Shown: positions 34,205 to 44,236 of the stretch, piece after piece
Layout of the letters: each line of letters begins with the position of its first letter
Position numbering within the stretch: position 1 is the stretch's first letter
Assembly: GCA_977862235.1 (NCBI GenBank)
Contig: OZ374566.1
Location: forward strand, 744,001 to 808,000
Direction of reading: 5' to 3'
Source: Dudresnaya verticillata
Taxonomy: Eukaryota
Length of the DNA: 64,000 nt
Position numbers and translations under genes: made by a program
Notes under the pieces: generated by a model
Database searches by the model: none
What the model was told of the DNA's origin: nothing
Seen by the model: only the letters and a program-made list of their open reading frames with translations

Positions 34205-37087
34205 ATGACCTGCTTTTTGCACACCCCCACCGCTGCGCTAAATTCCATTCGAACCGCCCACCACGCCACATCACTCAATAGTGCTTCCCTGCATGCATCG
34301 CTTTTAAGACGAGGTACATTCTGCCCCGCGAACGCTTTCGTCCCACAGGCCCGTAGACTCCCCGCAACCCGACGAAGGCCTCGCGTCATGGCGACCTCAG
34401 GTGTTATGGAATGGGAGAAATTCAAGAAGGCCGAGGATCTGGGCTTTGCCCGCAGGCAGCGCAACTTCCAGCCATTGCCGGATGGGCGCTACTTGGTTAA
34501 GGAGGAGACGCTGCATATTCGGGAGGTTGATAATGCGCAGGCCTTGGTCGCCTCCGTGATATCCAAGGATGAATCTAGGACACCACTTCGTTTGGTAGTC
34601 GCGGCGCTTGAACCAGGTATTTTCCGTGTGACCTTCGAGGATCTGGAGCAGCTGAAGCACCGCAGGCACGTTGTGACTGGGGTTTTGATGGATCATGCAG
34701 TACCATTTTCGCCAGATCAGACGTCGCTGTCCCACTCTGATGGACATGCTTACTTCTCGGTTAACGGATGGGACACCAAGGTGAAGATTGAGTTTGACCC
34801 ATTCCGCCTGGACCTAGTTGCATCGGTAGAGGAGAAGTGTCTCTTGTCGCTGAATTCAGCATCGCGACTGAATGTGGAAGCGTTCGAAACGAAGGATGAG
34901 GTCGGTGTATTCGCGGATGAGCAGGGTCGCTGGGAAGAAACGTTCAAAGGATTTGACGATCCAAAAGCGCGCGGCCCGGAATCCGTTGGCGTCGATGTTG
35001 CGTTCCCCTGCGCTAACCAAGTCCACGGCATCCCAGAGAGGACGATGAACGTTGCACTTGATGACACTGTTGCTTCCGAAGGAACTGTTCTCTCGGAACC
35101 CTACCGTTTATACAACCTTGATGTTTCATACTTTGAGTTGATGAAACCACTCGGCCTCTACGGTGCGGTACCCTTGCTTATAGGCAGGGATGGTGAGAGC
35201 TCAGCAGCCGTATTTTGGCTGAACAGCTCGGAAACGTTCGTGGATGTCAGCACTGATGACATCAACAAAGGAAAGGCATCACATTGGTACTCCGAGACAG
35301 GAAGGCTGGAAATGTATATGCTGCCGGGTCCGACTATTGGAGAAGTATTCAGACAGTATCTGTGGCTGACCGGTGCGCCTGCAATGCCTCAATATTTTGC
35401 TCTAGGCTATCACCAATGCCGTTACAGCTACATGAGTGACGAAGATGCTCGTGGAGTGAACGCCGGGTTTGAGAAGCATAAGATTCCGTATGACGTGCTG
35501 TGGCTGGACATCGACCACACGGATGGTAAGCGGTACTTCACATGGAACAAGGAAACATTTCCGGACCCACAAGGGTTGCAAGAGCATATTGCATCTTTTG
35601 GGAGGAAGGTTGTCACTATCATTGATCCGCACATTAAGAGAGATCCGACATTTCCGCTACATCAGTCTGCGACGGAAAAGGGCTTGTATATTACTGATCC
35701 AGCATTAGATGGGAAGGCGTTCAGAGGGGAATGCTGGGCGGGGGAGTCGAGCTACTTTGACTATACCAACCCGAAAGCGCGTGAGTTTTGGGCATCGAGG
35801 TTCAATGTGACAGACTATCCACACTTCACCCCTCATCTCCATGTCTGGAATGATATGAATGAGCCATCAGTATTCGACGGCCCTGAGAATACTATCCCCA
35901 AGCACATGCAACACATGGACAATGTTGAACACCGCCATGTGCACAACATATACGGTCACGATATGGTCCGCGCAACCCATGCTGGTCTGCTTGCCGCTCG
36001 TGATGGCACGGATAGGCCGTTCGTCCTCACGCGCAGCTTCTTCGCCGGTAGTCAACGTTATTGTGCGGTATGGACAGGCGACAACACGGCCGACTGGAGC
36101 CATCTGTCGTCCTCGGTACCGATGTTGCTGAGTTTGCAGCTGTGCGGAATTGCACATTCTGGTGCCGATGTTGGCGGGTTCTTCTTCGACCCCGACGGAG
36201 AGCTTGTCGCAAGATGGTACCAGGTTGGAGCATTTCAGCCGTTTTTCCGCGGGCATTCGATGACGAATACAAAGCGACGCGAGCCGTGGGGCTTTGGAGA
36301 GCCATTCACCTCGGTAATCACGGCCGCAATCCGGGAAAGGTACCAGCTGCTCCCCCTTTGGTATACATTATTCGCTGGAATCGCCGCCGGCGAGAAGGCT
36401 GGGTTCGATGCACAGTCAGTGGCGCCCCCCATGCGACCGCTATGGTGGGAATTCCCGGGAGAAGCAGGGGATGATGGGCGTTGGATGGTCGGAAATTGTC
36501 TATTGGTGGCACCAGTGGCTGTACAAGGGGCTGAGGAGCACACCGTGAATCTACCACCTGGAACGCTCTGGTATGATATCTATGACCCGGATCGGCCTGG
36601 GGTACAGCTATTGCAGACCGAACAGGTAGCCTTGAAGAGCCCACTGGAAAGGATGTTTGTGATGCAACGTGGTGGGACAGTGGTGCCACGGTTGCGCACA
36701 GCTCGACAAAGCTCGTTCGGTATGCTCGGTGACACGTACAGTTTAGTTGTGGCTCTAGACGCGGACGGCTGCGCGGATGGTCGGTTGTACGTAGACGATG
36801 GGTCATCTTACAAATTCGAGGGAGGTGAATTCGTGCATATGCGGTACAGCTACGCAGAGGGCACCCTAACGGCGACGAAGGTCGCGGGTGAGGGGGTGGC
36901 AGAAAGCTTGTCGACTGTTGTTAACCGCGTCGATGTCCTTGGATTTGGGAAGACCCCGCCACAGAAGGTCTCTATCAATGGCCGCGAGGTGGAATGCGAG
37001 GTGGATGAGGTGACGGGGGTGCTCAGGGTTGATGGACTGTGCGCAGGTGCCGGTGGGACCGGGTGGACAATGGTTATCACCCGCTGA
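34205..37087 (+). CDS. GH31 alpha-glucosidase, divergent glucosidase II alpha paralogue with transit-peptide-like leader; start ATG 34178/34205 (or 34388)
   Basis: EPYRLYNLD, LGYHQCR, WLDIDHTDGKRYFTW, WNDMNEPSVF (nucleophile), WTGDN (acid/base), GADVGGF, PFFRGH, RREPW. Confidence 0.92.
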   Translation: MTCFLHTPTAALNSIRTAHHATSLNSASLHASLLRRGTFCPANAFVPQARRLPATRRRPRVMATSGVMEWEKFKKAEDLGFARRQRNFQPLPDGRYLVKEETLHIREVDNAQALVASVISKDESRTPLRLVVAALEPGIFRVTFEDLEQLKHRRHVVTGVLMDHAVPFSPDQTSLSHSDGHAYFSVNGWDTKVKIEFDPFRLDLVASVEEKCLLSLNSASRLNVEAFETKDEVGVFADEQGRWEETFKGFDDPKARGPESVGVDVAFPCANQVHGIPERTMNVALDDTVASEGTVLSEPYRLYNLDVSYFELMKPLGLYGAVPLLIGRDGESSAAVFWLNSSETFVDVSTDDINKGKASHWYSETGRLEMYMLPGPTIGEVFRQYLWLTGAPAMPQYFALGYHQCRYSYMSDEDARGVNAGFEKHKIPYDVLWLDIDHTDGKRYFTWNKETFPDPQGLQEHIASFGRKVVTIIDPHIKRDPTFPLHQSATEKGLYITDPALDGKAFRGECWAGESSYFDYTNPKAREFWASRFNVTDYPHFTPHLHVWNDMNEPSVFDGPENTIPKHMQHMDNVEHRHVHNIYGHDMVRATHAGLLAARDGTDRPFVLTRSFFAGSQRYCAVWTGDNTADWSHLSSSVPMLLSLQLCGIAHSGADVGGFFFDPDGELVARWYQVGAFQPFFRGHSMTNTKRREPWGFGEPFTSVITAAIRERYQLLPLWYTLFAGIAAGEKAGFDAQSVAPPMRPLWWEFPGEAGDDGRWMVGNCLLVAPVAVQGAEEHTVNLPPGTLWYDIYDPDRPGVQLLQTEQVALKSPLERMFVMQRGGTVVPRLRTARQSSFGMLGDTYSLVVALDADGCADGRLYVDDGSSYKFEGGEFVHMRYSYAEGTLTATKVAGEGVAESLSTVVNRVDVLGFGKTPPQKVSINGREVECEVDEVTGVLRVDGLCAGAGGTGWTMVITR

Positions 37088-37125
37088 CGTCACACGTCAA
37101 ATTTGTTTTTCGCTGCAAAGCCTCA

Positions 37126-37137
37126 TTTTCGCGCGAA
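37126..37137. promoter_or_regulatory. E2F-like element TTTTCGCGCGAA upstream of the UBZ-AlkB gene
   Basis: Matches TTTSSCGC and contains the palindrome TTCGCGCGAA, about 150 bp before ATG 37288. Confidence 0.3.
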
Positions 37138-37287
37138 TTCGTCCGTCCCGGTCCTTGCATGCAATCGCCTCTAATCGCGTGGTGATCCCGCTCAGGTGTC
37201 CTTCTTTGCCAGGTCGCTTCGCCAATATAAACCTCCACGGACCGCAGCTGAAAGAACACAGAACATTGTCTACACGCACACTCAAGG

Positions 37288-38130
37288 ATGCCAATGCAAC
37301 CCTGTCCATTATGCAATAAGCGCTACTCCGCAGCATTCCTCCCCTTACATGCAGGAGCCTGTGGCCTGCCAACAAAGCGCGCCATCAAGAAGCCGCGGCG
37401 GAAACCGTCAACACAGCTCCCGCTCTCCCTGCCAAATCTACGCACGCAGCCCCCTCTCTCATTTTCCGAGAAAGGCGCACCGGGCTTCCACGTGTTCCTC
37501 GGGGCGATCCCACCCGCACTCCAAGCCGACCTTCTCCGCCGCCTGGAAGCTACATCGCCCGCCTGGAGAGACTTCCGATTCCGCCAAACCAAGAACTACG
37601 GCCCCGCATACGACTTGCGCAGGCGGCGATTCCTGTTCGGCCCGGGCGCGCCGCCTTTCACGCAGCTGCCGCCGTACGCCACGCACGAAACGCTACCGCT
37701 AGTACGCGCGCTGCATCCCGTGCTGGCCGGGTTCCGCCCCAACCAGCTCGCGGTCGGTAAGTATCTTGTCCCCGGCGGGCATATTCTCCCGCATAATGAT
37801 TGTGAGAACGCTACCATTCACACTGCAGTTGTCGGTGTCTGCCTCGGGGGTGCGTGCACGATGACGCTCATCCTTCGTGGACGATACAGCGGTCGTGGTA
37901 GAGATACTAAGCATGACATAAGGCTTCCGCCGGGCACGGTGTATGCTATGACTGGTGATGCGCTGCGCGTGTGGGAGCATGCAATCTTCCCGGGCAAGAC
38001 AGAGCGTGAGCGCATTAGTCTCACATTTCGGGATGTGTCTCCGCTCCCGAACGAGGTCGAAGGGACTCAAAAGACTTTCAAAGAGATAGGGCGCCCAAGT
38101 GAACGGTACAGACAATCTCGTCTTCCGTGA
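37288..38130 (+). CDS. AlkB-like 2OG-Fe(II) dioxygenase with N-terminal UBZ-type (C2HC) zinc finger
   Basis: CPLC-x11-HAGAC; PNQ..Y..GGHILPHND (HxD); WEHAI; RISLTFR. Confidence 0.85.
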   Translation: MPMQPCPLCNKRYSAAFLPLHAGACGLPTKRAIKKPRRKPSTQLPLSLPNLRTQPPLSFSEKGAPGFHVFLGAIPPALQADLLRRLEATSPAWRDFRFRQTKNYGPAYDLRRRRFLFGPGAPPFTQLPPYATHETLPLVRALHPVLAGFRPNQLAVGKYLVPGGHILPHNDCENATIHTAVVGVCLGGACTMTLILRGRYSGRGRDTKHDIRLPPGTVYAMTGDALRVWEHAIFPGKTERERISLTFRDVSPLPNEVEGTQKTFKEIGRPSERYRQSRLP

Positions 38131-38167
38131 ATACTAATAAGGCACATAGTTCGCGGCCGTAGTGGCT

Positions 38168-40564
38168 CTATTCGCGAAGCAAACGTAAGGCATTCAAACC
38201 GACAAGAAGTGTCCCACCTTCATGAAGCGTTACCGCAAGCCAGAGTGGTACTGCGCCACCGACGCAAGCGCCCGTGCCAATCAGCATGAGCCCAAACGCG
38301 ACGAAGATGTTTTGTTGTACAACTCGCTTGGTTGCCGCTGCCTTCCGCATGAACCATGCCACGTTGTTCAGGTCTTCCCGCACGAGTACCACATCGGCTG
38401 CGTGTACTGCCGTTGCACTGCTCAAGCCGCATGCTACACCGACTAGGGATGCTGCGAGCGCAGCCGCGTCGTTCACCCCGTCTCCAACCATCAACACCCC
38501 GCTGTTTTGTTGGCCAAGTTCCTTGCCTATCTTGGTGATGTAGTTCAACTTTTGCTCTGGTGTCGCATTGGAAATCACCTTGATACCGCCACCGACAGCG
38601 TTGCTCACAAACTGCGCTGCACCCTCCCCATCTCCTGTGAGCACACTTACTGCAAGGCCCTGGTCCTTTAGCTTCGTCACCACGTCGGCAGACTCTTGCC
38701 GAAGCTCGTCACGCAAGCGCAGCAAATACTTTTCGGTGCCAATTTCCAACACTGAAACAGTCTCTCCTCTGAAGGATGCCTCTTCCGTTACGCTTTGAAA
38801 CGCCGATACTCCTAGCTTTCCCAATACGTAACTCGGGCTCCCCAACCGCCCAGTTGCAATCTCCAAATCTCCATGCTCACCATCAAAACTGAGCACGCCT
38901 TCAACACCCTGCCCAGGAATCACTTTCGGGTCGGACACATCTGGCAGCTTCCCGCCAAGTTGTATTGCGCGTTCTTGTACGGCGGTGGCAATCGGATGCA
39001 CCGCACCGCGCTCGAGTGCAGCTGCTGCTGCAACAACTCGTGACAAGTCTCCCTTCTCAAGCACCGGAAGTCCACCTAGCGTTGGCTGCCCGGCATCAAC
39101 CTTGACTTGAGTTATGTTCGGCACGAGCACCTGCTCCCCTGCCAGCACCTCCTCCCCGGCCGGCACCCCATTCCCACTCTTTGCTGCCTCAGGTACCGTT
39201 GTCCGCACACCTGAATACGAAATATCTGGCAACAAAGCCGCCGAGTCAAGCTTGAGCATGCCAGTAGTAAGCGTACCGGTCTTATCAAAAACGACATGCC
39301 GTGCCCTAGAAGCCGCTTCGAGCGACTTGGCGCCCGACTTTGCCAAAACCCCCATCCTCGCGCAGCAATTGAGCGCGGCGACATAAGCAACCGGCCCGCC
39401 GACGAGCAGTGCACACGGCGACGCAGCAACCAAGAACCCGAGCCCGCGAGCCAACGACCCAGACCTACCCGTATATCGTACAACGCCGCCAAAGAGACCG
39501 ACCAACAGTGGCATCATCGTCGCAATCACTGCAGAAAGCACCAACACCCCACGCGCATACAGCTGCCCGAATCGGTCGAAGAACACTGCCACAGACGGGC
39601 GGTTCTCCTGCGCAGCTGTCACCAAACGAGCAATGCGCGCCAAGGAGCTCTCCGCGCCTACCCTTGTGACACGAACCGCCAGCGGTGCGTCCTCGGCGCG
39701 AGCTCCTGCCGGAAGTTCATCGCCCTCTGTAACCGCACGCGGTGTGGACTCACCGGTGAGAATCTGCGTGGTGGCAAACGCGCTACCGTGGGCCACAATG
39801 CCATCACACGGGAGCAGCTCACCCGCGCGGACAAGGACGAACTCACCGACCCGCACATCTTCCACGGGAACCTGCTCCGCGTGCGCAGACAGGCTGGGCT
39901 TGGGCAGACGCCACGCGGTAGCGGGGGCCGCGTCACGCAGGGCGTCCAGCGCGCGACGTGCACGGGCCTGCACGGCGGTCTCTGCAGCGTGCGACACGGC
40001 GTACAACACGGCGAGCAGCGCACCCTCGAAGACGGCGCCCGTGCCGAGGCAGATGGCGGCGGCCAGACTCATGAGGGTGTCAACATCGACTGTGGAGCCA
40101 CGCGTGGCCACGAGCCGCAGCACGGTCGCGGCTAGCGCCGGCAACACGCCCAGCCCAGCAGACAGATATAGCGGGACGCGCGCCAGCACGGGCGACACGC
40201 GCGCTATGTGCAAGATCGCGGCCAGCACTAGTGCGATGGTGGCGGCGACGGCCAGCGGGACCGAGTCGCGCACCTGCGCCACTGTGGCGCGCAGCTTGGA
40301 AAGGGCGGTCGGGGCTTCGTCATTGGCATGGTCGTTCGAATGCGAGCCGCACCCAGTGGAGTGTGAGCCGCACCCGGTGTGGCATGACGGGGTGGCGTGG
40401 CGCGGTGGAGAGAAGGCAGGTCGCGCGGCGCGGCGGGAGAGGGTGAGGCGGGCGACGCGGGCCGGGGACAGGCGTGGGGTGAAGGCCGAGGTGCGCGAGG
40501 AGACGGGCGATGGAGCGGCCGCGATGAAGCAAACGGGACTTGCGCGGCGACTGCCGAACGGCAT
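38168..40564 (-). CDS. HMA1: P1B-4 heavy-metal ATPase, plastid HMA1-like
   Basis: Transit peptide, LMSLAA, LTGES, AASPCAL (SPC), FDKTGTLT, HPIA, TGD, MVGDGVND, HEGGTLLV. Start ATG 40564. Confidence 0.92.
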   Translation of the reverse strand: MPFGSRRASPVCFIAAAPSPVSSRTSAFTPRLSPARVARLTLSRRAARPAFSPPRHATPSCHTGCGSHSTGCGSHSNDHANDEAPTALSKLRATVAQVRDSVPLAVAATIALVLAAILHIARVSPVLARVPLYLSAGLGVLPALAATVLRLVATRGSTVDVDTLMSLAAAICLGTGAVFEGALLAVLYAVSHAAETAVQARARRALDALRDAAPATAWRLPKPSLSAHAEQVPVEDVRVGEFVLVRAGELLPCDGIVAHGSAFATTQILTGESTPRAVTEGDELPAGARAEDAPLAVRVTRVGAESSLARIARLVTAAQENRPSVAVFFDRFGQLYARGVLVLSAVIATMMPLLVGLFGGVVRYTGRSGSLARGLGFLVAASPCALLVGGPVAYVAALNCCARMGVLAKSGAKSLEAASRARHVVFDKTGTLTTGMLKLDSAALLPDISYSGVRTTVPEAAKSGNGVPAGEEVLAGEQVLVPNITQVKVDAGQPTLGGLPVLEKGDLSRVVAAAAALERGAVHPIATAVQERAIQLGGKLPDVSDPKVIPGQGVEGVLSFDGEHGDLEIATGRLGSPSYVLGKLGVSAFQSVTEEASFRGETVSVLEIGTEKYLLRLRDELRQESADVVTKLKDQGLAVSVLTGDGEGAAQFVSNAVGGGIKVISNATPEQKLNYITKIGKELGQQNSGVLMVGDGVNDAAALAASLVGVACGLSSATAVHAADVVLVREDLNNVAWFMRKAAATKRVVQQNIFVAFGLMLIGTGACVGGAVPLWLAVTLHEGGTLLVGLNALRLLRE

Positions 40565-41269
40565 TGTCGCGGGTGGCGGGTGAGGCGGATGCGGGGGGGC
40601 GAGGTGGGGCGATGCTGGGTGTCTGGAAGGTACGAAGGTGGGAACGAATCTATATGTATAGCACGTGTTTTGCATGGGCATGTTGCTGGTGGCTGTAGTT
40701 GTGGTTGTGATTTCGTGACGGTTCGTGAGAAGACATGCACCTCTGCAGCGTGACAGCGTACTTGGCAATGGCCTGTTGGGTGTTGTTGTCACGAAGATCT
40801 TCCGAAAGTCACCTGCGGCCGCAGAGTTGCAGGTCGAGGTCGGAGCAGCGAATCAAAAACCATCAATCCACGAGAGAGAGGTTCGCAGGTGCCGGCACCT
40901 GTGGCTGGGTGGCACCAGCGCAGCAAACAGTGAGGGGAAGTACCTGTGTGACGTGACAGGGCGAGCCCTTTTAGATCCATTTACCTTCGTACTCCATAAC
41001 CGTCTCTGCGAACAATCCAACGCTCACACCACCTGCCGCTCCCTCTTCCCACGGCAAACATCCCGTACCTTCAAGGTACAGTATCCCTAATCGCCCTCCT
41101 CAGTGTTGCTGGCCAAGCACATTGCCACCCGTGCCAAAGCCCCCACCCCCAGTCCCGACCCCATCTTCAGGCCATCCCGTCTCCCTGCCTCAAGCATCCT
41201 ATTTGCATCAAAATCGTTAGTAATTCCATCCCAACCGCGGGTACACAAAAAGACTGCACCACATCATCA

Positions 41270-44236
41270 TCAAGGCACAATCTTAAGCGCCCATTCACCA
41301 GTCCCAGCCGTCGTCATGGGCTTCCGCATAGTGACAACCCCAGTATCGGCCGCGTGCACAACGTCCACCGTCCTGCCTTCAACCTCAGCTGCAGAGGGTG
41401 CCTTTGGCCCATACCCCAAAATAACCACACGCTCCACCAACGCATCTCTGCCGAGGAACGCCTTGTCTCCGCCGCCCACCGTCTTCATTGTCAGCACGCC
41501 GTTGCTAAACTTCATCTCGCGTACTGCGTAGTGCCCCTTTTCGTGCTCGTACGTCCGCCCGTCATCCAGATACAACTCCCCGGCAGCTTCGCCCTTCTCG
41601 TCCAGCGCCACCACCAGAGTGAACGGGTCTGTCGCCATCGCCACGGTGCTTCTTCTCCGCCGCTCCTGCTTTGGTACGATTGATCCGCCACGCTGTAGCA
41701 CAACCATTCGTTCTAGCCCGACTGTTATCTCCACTTCCCCAGCCCCGCTCACTACCTTGCCGAACCCAGCCGGGTCGAATAGGTCGTACCACACCGCCCC
41801 TTCCGGCACGCGCATCTTGTGAGTCGTAGCCCCTTCAGCCATTACTGGCGCTGCGAGTAGTGCATCCCCAACCATCCACTGTGTTTGATCAGTGTCAGAG
41901 CCCTTGTCGTCTGGGAAGTGCCACCACAGCGGACGCATCGGTGGCCCGTTGGCACTCTCTTTGAAGCCATACTTTTGTCCCAGGGCGTTACCAGCGAAAA
42001 GAGTGTACCACAGCGGAATGTACTCGTATCTCGCCCGAATGGCTTTCGAGATGATCCCCGTGTACGGCTCACCAAACAGCCACGGCTCTCGCCGGTTTGT
42101 GTCAAGATGAGCATGCCCCCTGAAGAACGGTTGAAATGCGCCGGCCTGATACCATCGCGTGAGAAGCTCTGGGGAAGGGTTCCCGAAAAAGCCTCCGACA
42201 TCTGCGCCTGAGAACACCATGCCTGTAATTTGCAGTGGTAAGAGCATCCTAACACTGCTTACAAGATGCTCCCAATTCGCAGTGTTATCTCCAGTCCAAA
42301 TCGCACCATACCTATGGCTTCCAGCAAAAAAGCTTCGGGATAGAACAAACGGTCTATCGTTTCCGCCATGGCCAGCCTTGAGACCTTCAAAAGTAGACTG
42401 CATGAAGTAGTGCCCATAGATATTGTGAATGTGTCTATGCTCCACGTTACCAGCGTGAATCAAGTTCTTCTGCATTGTGCCTTCCGGTCCGTTGAACACT
42501 GATGGTTCATTCATATCATTCCATGTATACAAGTGCTTAGTGAAGTGCGGATAGTCTGTTGGGTTAAACCGTGTGGCAAATGCTTTTCGGATCTCCGGGT
42601 TGGTGAAGTCAAAATAGCTCGAAGATCCTGGCCAGCACCATCCATCAAATGGCTTCCCGTCTGGCTTCATCACGTAGTACTTCCGCTCAGTCGCATAGCG
42701 ATGCAGTGTGTACTTGTTATCCCTTTTCACATGGGGATCCACAATTGTGACCATCTTACGCCCGCGCGCCGCAATGTGATTTTGCAATCCTGTTGGATCC
42801 GGAAACTTGGTATAGTCCCATGTAAAATACCGCTTCCCGTTCGTGTGCTCAATGTCAAGCCAGAGTACATCATAAGGAATATCTCGGTCGTCAAACCCAG
42901 CATCAACAGCCTTCGAGTCCTCTTCGTCACGGTAGTTCCATCGGCACTGGTGGTAACCCAATGCAAAGCGCTGGGGCATGGCTGGGGTCCCCGTTAGCCG
43001 CAAGTACTCACGAAACAGGTCCTCATGTGACGGCCCCGGCATGAAATATGCGTCAATGATACCCGTCTCTGAGTACCAATGAGTTCTTTTCCCCACAGGA
43101 TCAGTGCTTCCCCGAACATCAACATAAGTTTCCGCACTGTTCAACCAGAGCATACCGACTGCATCCTTCCCGTTTCTAGCGACTAAAAAAGGAACGGCTC
43201 CATACAGTCCAAGTGGCTTGTCCAGCTCAAATTCAAAAACGTCAAGGTTGTATAACCTATACGGCTCCGACGTAGCTTTGCCTTCCGCATCAACTGTGTC
43301 CGGAAGAGAAAATCGTACTGTTCTCTCAGGAATGCCATACAAATGATCAGCAAACGGAAACGCAACGTCCGCACCGACTGACTCTGGACCCCGCAGCTTC
43401 GGGTCTGTATGCGACTGGAACCGCTCTTCCCAGCAACCATTGCAATCACCCTCAACAGTTTCTTTCGCCCCCTGGATTGATTCCCTGACCACGGGCTCAT
43501 CGGCCTCCTCTCCCGAATAGTCGTATTCATCATCCATATCATAGTCTGCATGGTCAGGTTTCGCTTCACTCGGCGACGGATCCGGGGTACTTGACGATCC
43601 TTCCTCTGGTGCGCTGCTAGACGCCCCATCGCTCTCCTTCGTTTCCGGCGTCGGGGTAGGTGTCGGCTTCTCCCGAAGCTCTTCAACATGCAGTCTGGAC
43701 TGCTCGTTGACAACGGCAAGAACCTTACCATCAACAGACCGAACGTATTCTAACCGAAACGGGGAGTACCAAAAGCGAATCTTGGCTGGGGCACCCTTGA
43801 CAACCAGCCAAGCGTGATCCGTATGTCTTAGAAGCACTGCGCCCTGCAAGCGGCTCGGGCCGACGCCACTATCGAGCGGATCACGGGAGACGGGGCGTTC
43901 GAGCAGCGGCGCAACCTCGTCAATGACAACGCGGAAGACGCCGGAGCCGAAGTCGGACACGGCAAGTCGGAGAGAAGTATGTCCATCGGCAGGCGAGCTA
44001 AGTGTGCCGAGCAGTGCGGGCATGCCTTCCCACTGGCCAATTTTGAGAGAGTCGGGGGTGAGGGCGTACGCCAGCGCCTGATCCAGTGAGAAGTGGCGGT
44101 GGCGCCTGCAGAAGCCTAGGTCTGCGCATGTCTTCAACTTTGACCACTCCGCTGAAAGAGCGGGAAGCGGCAAGGTTAGCAGGAGCGTTAGCGTGAGCAG
44201 CAGCAGCACCGAGTTGGAGAGGATCGGGACGTGCAT
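41270..44236 (-). CDS. GANAB: ER glucosidase II alpha subunit (GH31)
   Basis: Signal peptide (LLLLTLTLLLTLPLPALSA), KTCADLGFCRR, NLDVFEFEL, HQCRWNY, WNDMNEPSVFNGPE, WTGDN, RGHAHLDT.RREPWLF, ERRRRST. Confidence 0.93.
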   Translation of the reverse strand: MHVPILSNSVLLLLTLTLLLTLPLPALSAEWSKLKTCADLGFCRRHRHFSLDQALAYALTPDSLKIGQWEGMPALLGTLSSPADGHTSLRLAVSDFGSGVFRVVIDEVAPLLERPVSRDPLDSGVGPSRLQGAVLLRHTDHAWLVVKGAPAKIRFWYSPFRLEYVRSVDGKVLAVVNEQSRLHVEELREKPTPTPTPETKESDGASSSAPEEGSSSTPDPSPSEAKPDHADYDMDDEYDYSGEEADEPVVRESIQGAKETVEGDCNGCWEERFQSHTDPKLRGPESVGADVAFPFADHLYGIPERTVRFSLPDTVDAEGKATSEPYRLYNLDVFEFELDKPLGLYGAVPFLVARNGKDAVGMLWLNSAETYVDVRGSTDPVGKRTHWYSETGIIDAYFMPGPSHEDLFREYLRLTGTPAMPQRFALGYHQCRWNYRDEEDSKAVDAGFDDRDIPYDVLWLDIEHTNGKRYFTWDYTKFPDPTGLQNHIAARGRKMVTIVDPHVKRDNKYTLHRYATERKYYVMKPDGKPFDGWCWPGSSSYFDFTNPEIRKAFATRFNPTDYPHFTKHLYTWNDMNEPSVFNGPEGTMQKNLIHAGNVEHRHIHNIYGHYFMQSTFEGLKAGHGGNDRPFVLSRSFFAGSHRYGAIWTGDNTANWEHLVSSVRMLLPLQITGMVFSGADVGGFFGNPSPELLTRWYQAGAFQPFFRGHAHLDTNRREPWLFGEPYTGIISKAIRARYEYIPLWYTLFAGNALGQKYGFKESANGPPMRPLWWHFPDDKGSDTDQTQWMVGDALLAAPVMAEGATTHKMRVPEGAVWYDLFDPAGFGKVVSGAGEVEITVGLERMVVLQRGGSIVPKQERRRRSTVAMATDPFTLVVALDEKGEAAGELYLDDGRTYEHEKGHYAVREMKFSNGVLTMKTVGGGDKAFLGRDALVERVVILGYGPKAPSAAEVEGRTVDVVHAADTGVVTMRKPMTTAGTGEWALKIVP

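Noticed and set aside
34205..37087. Red-algal alpha-1,4-glucan lyase
   Set aside because: The WNDMNEPSVF motif and full colinearity with glucosidase II indicate the hydrolase lineage, not the lyase subgroup.
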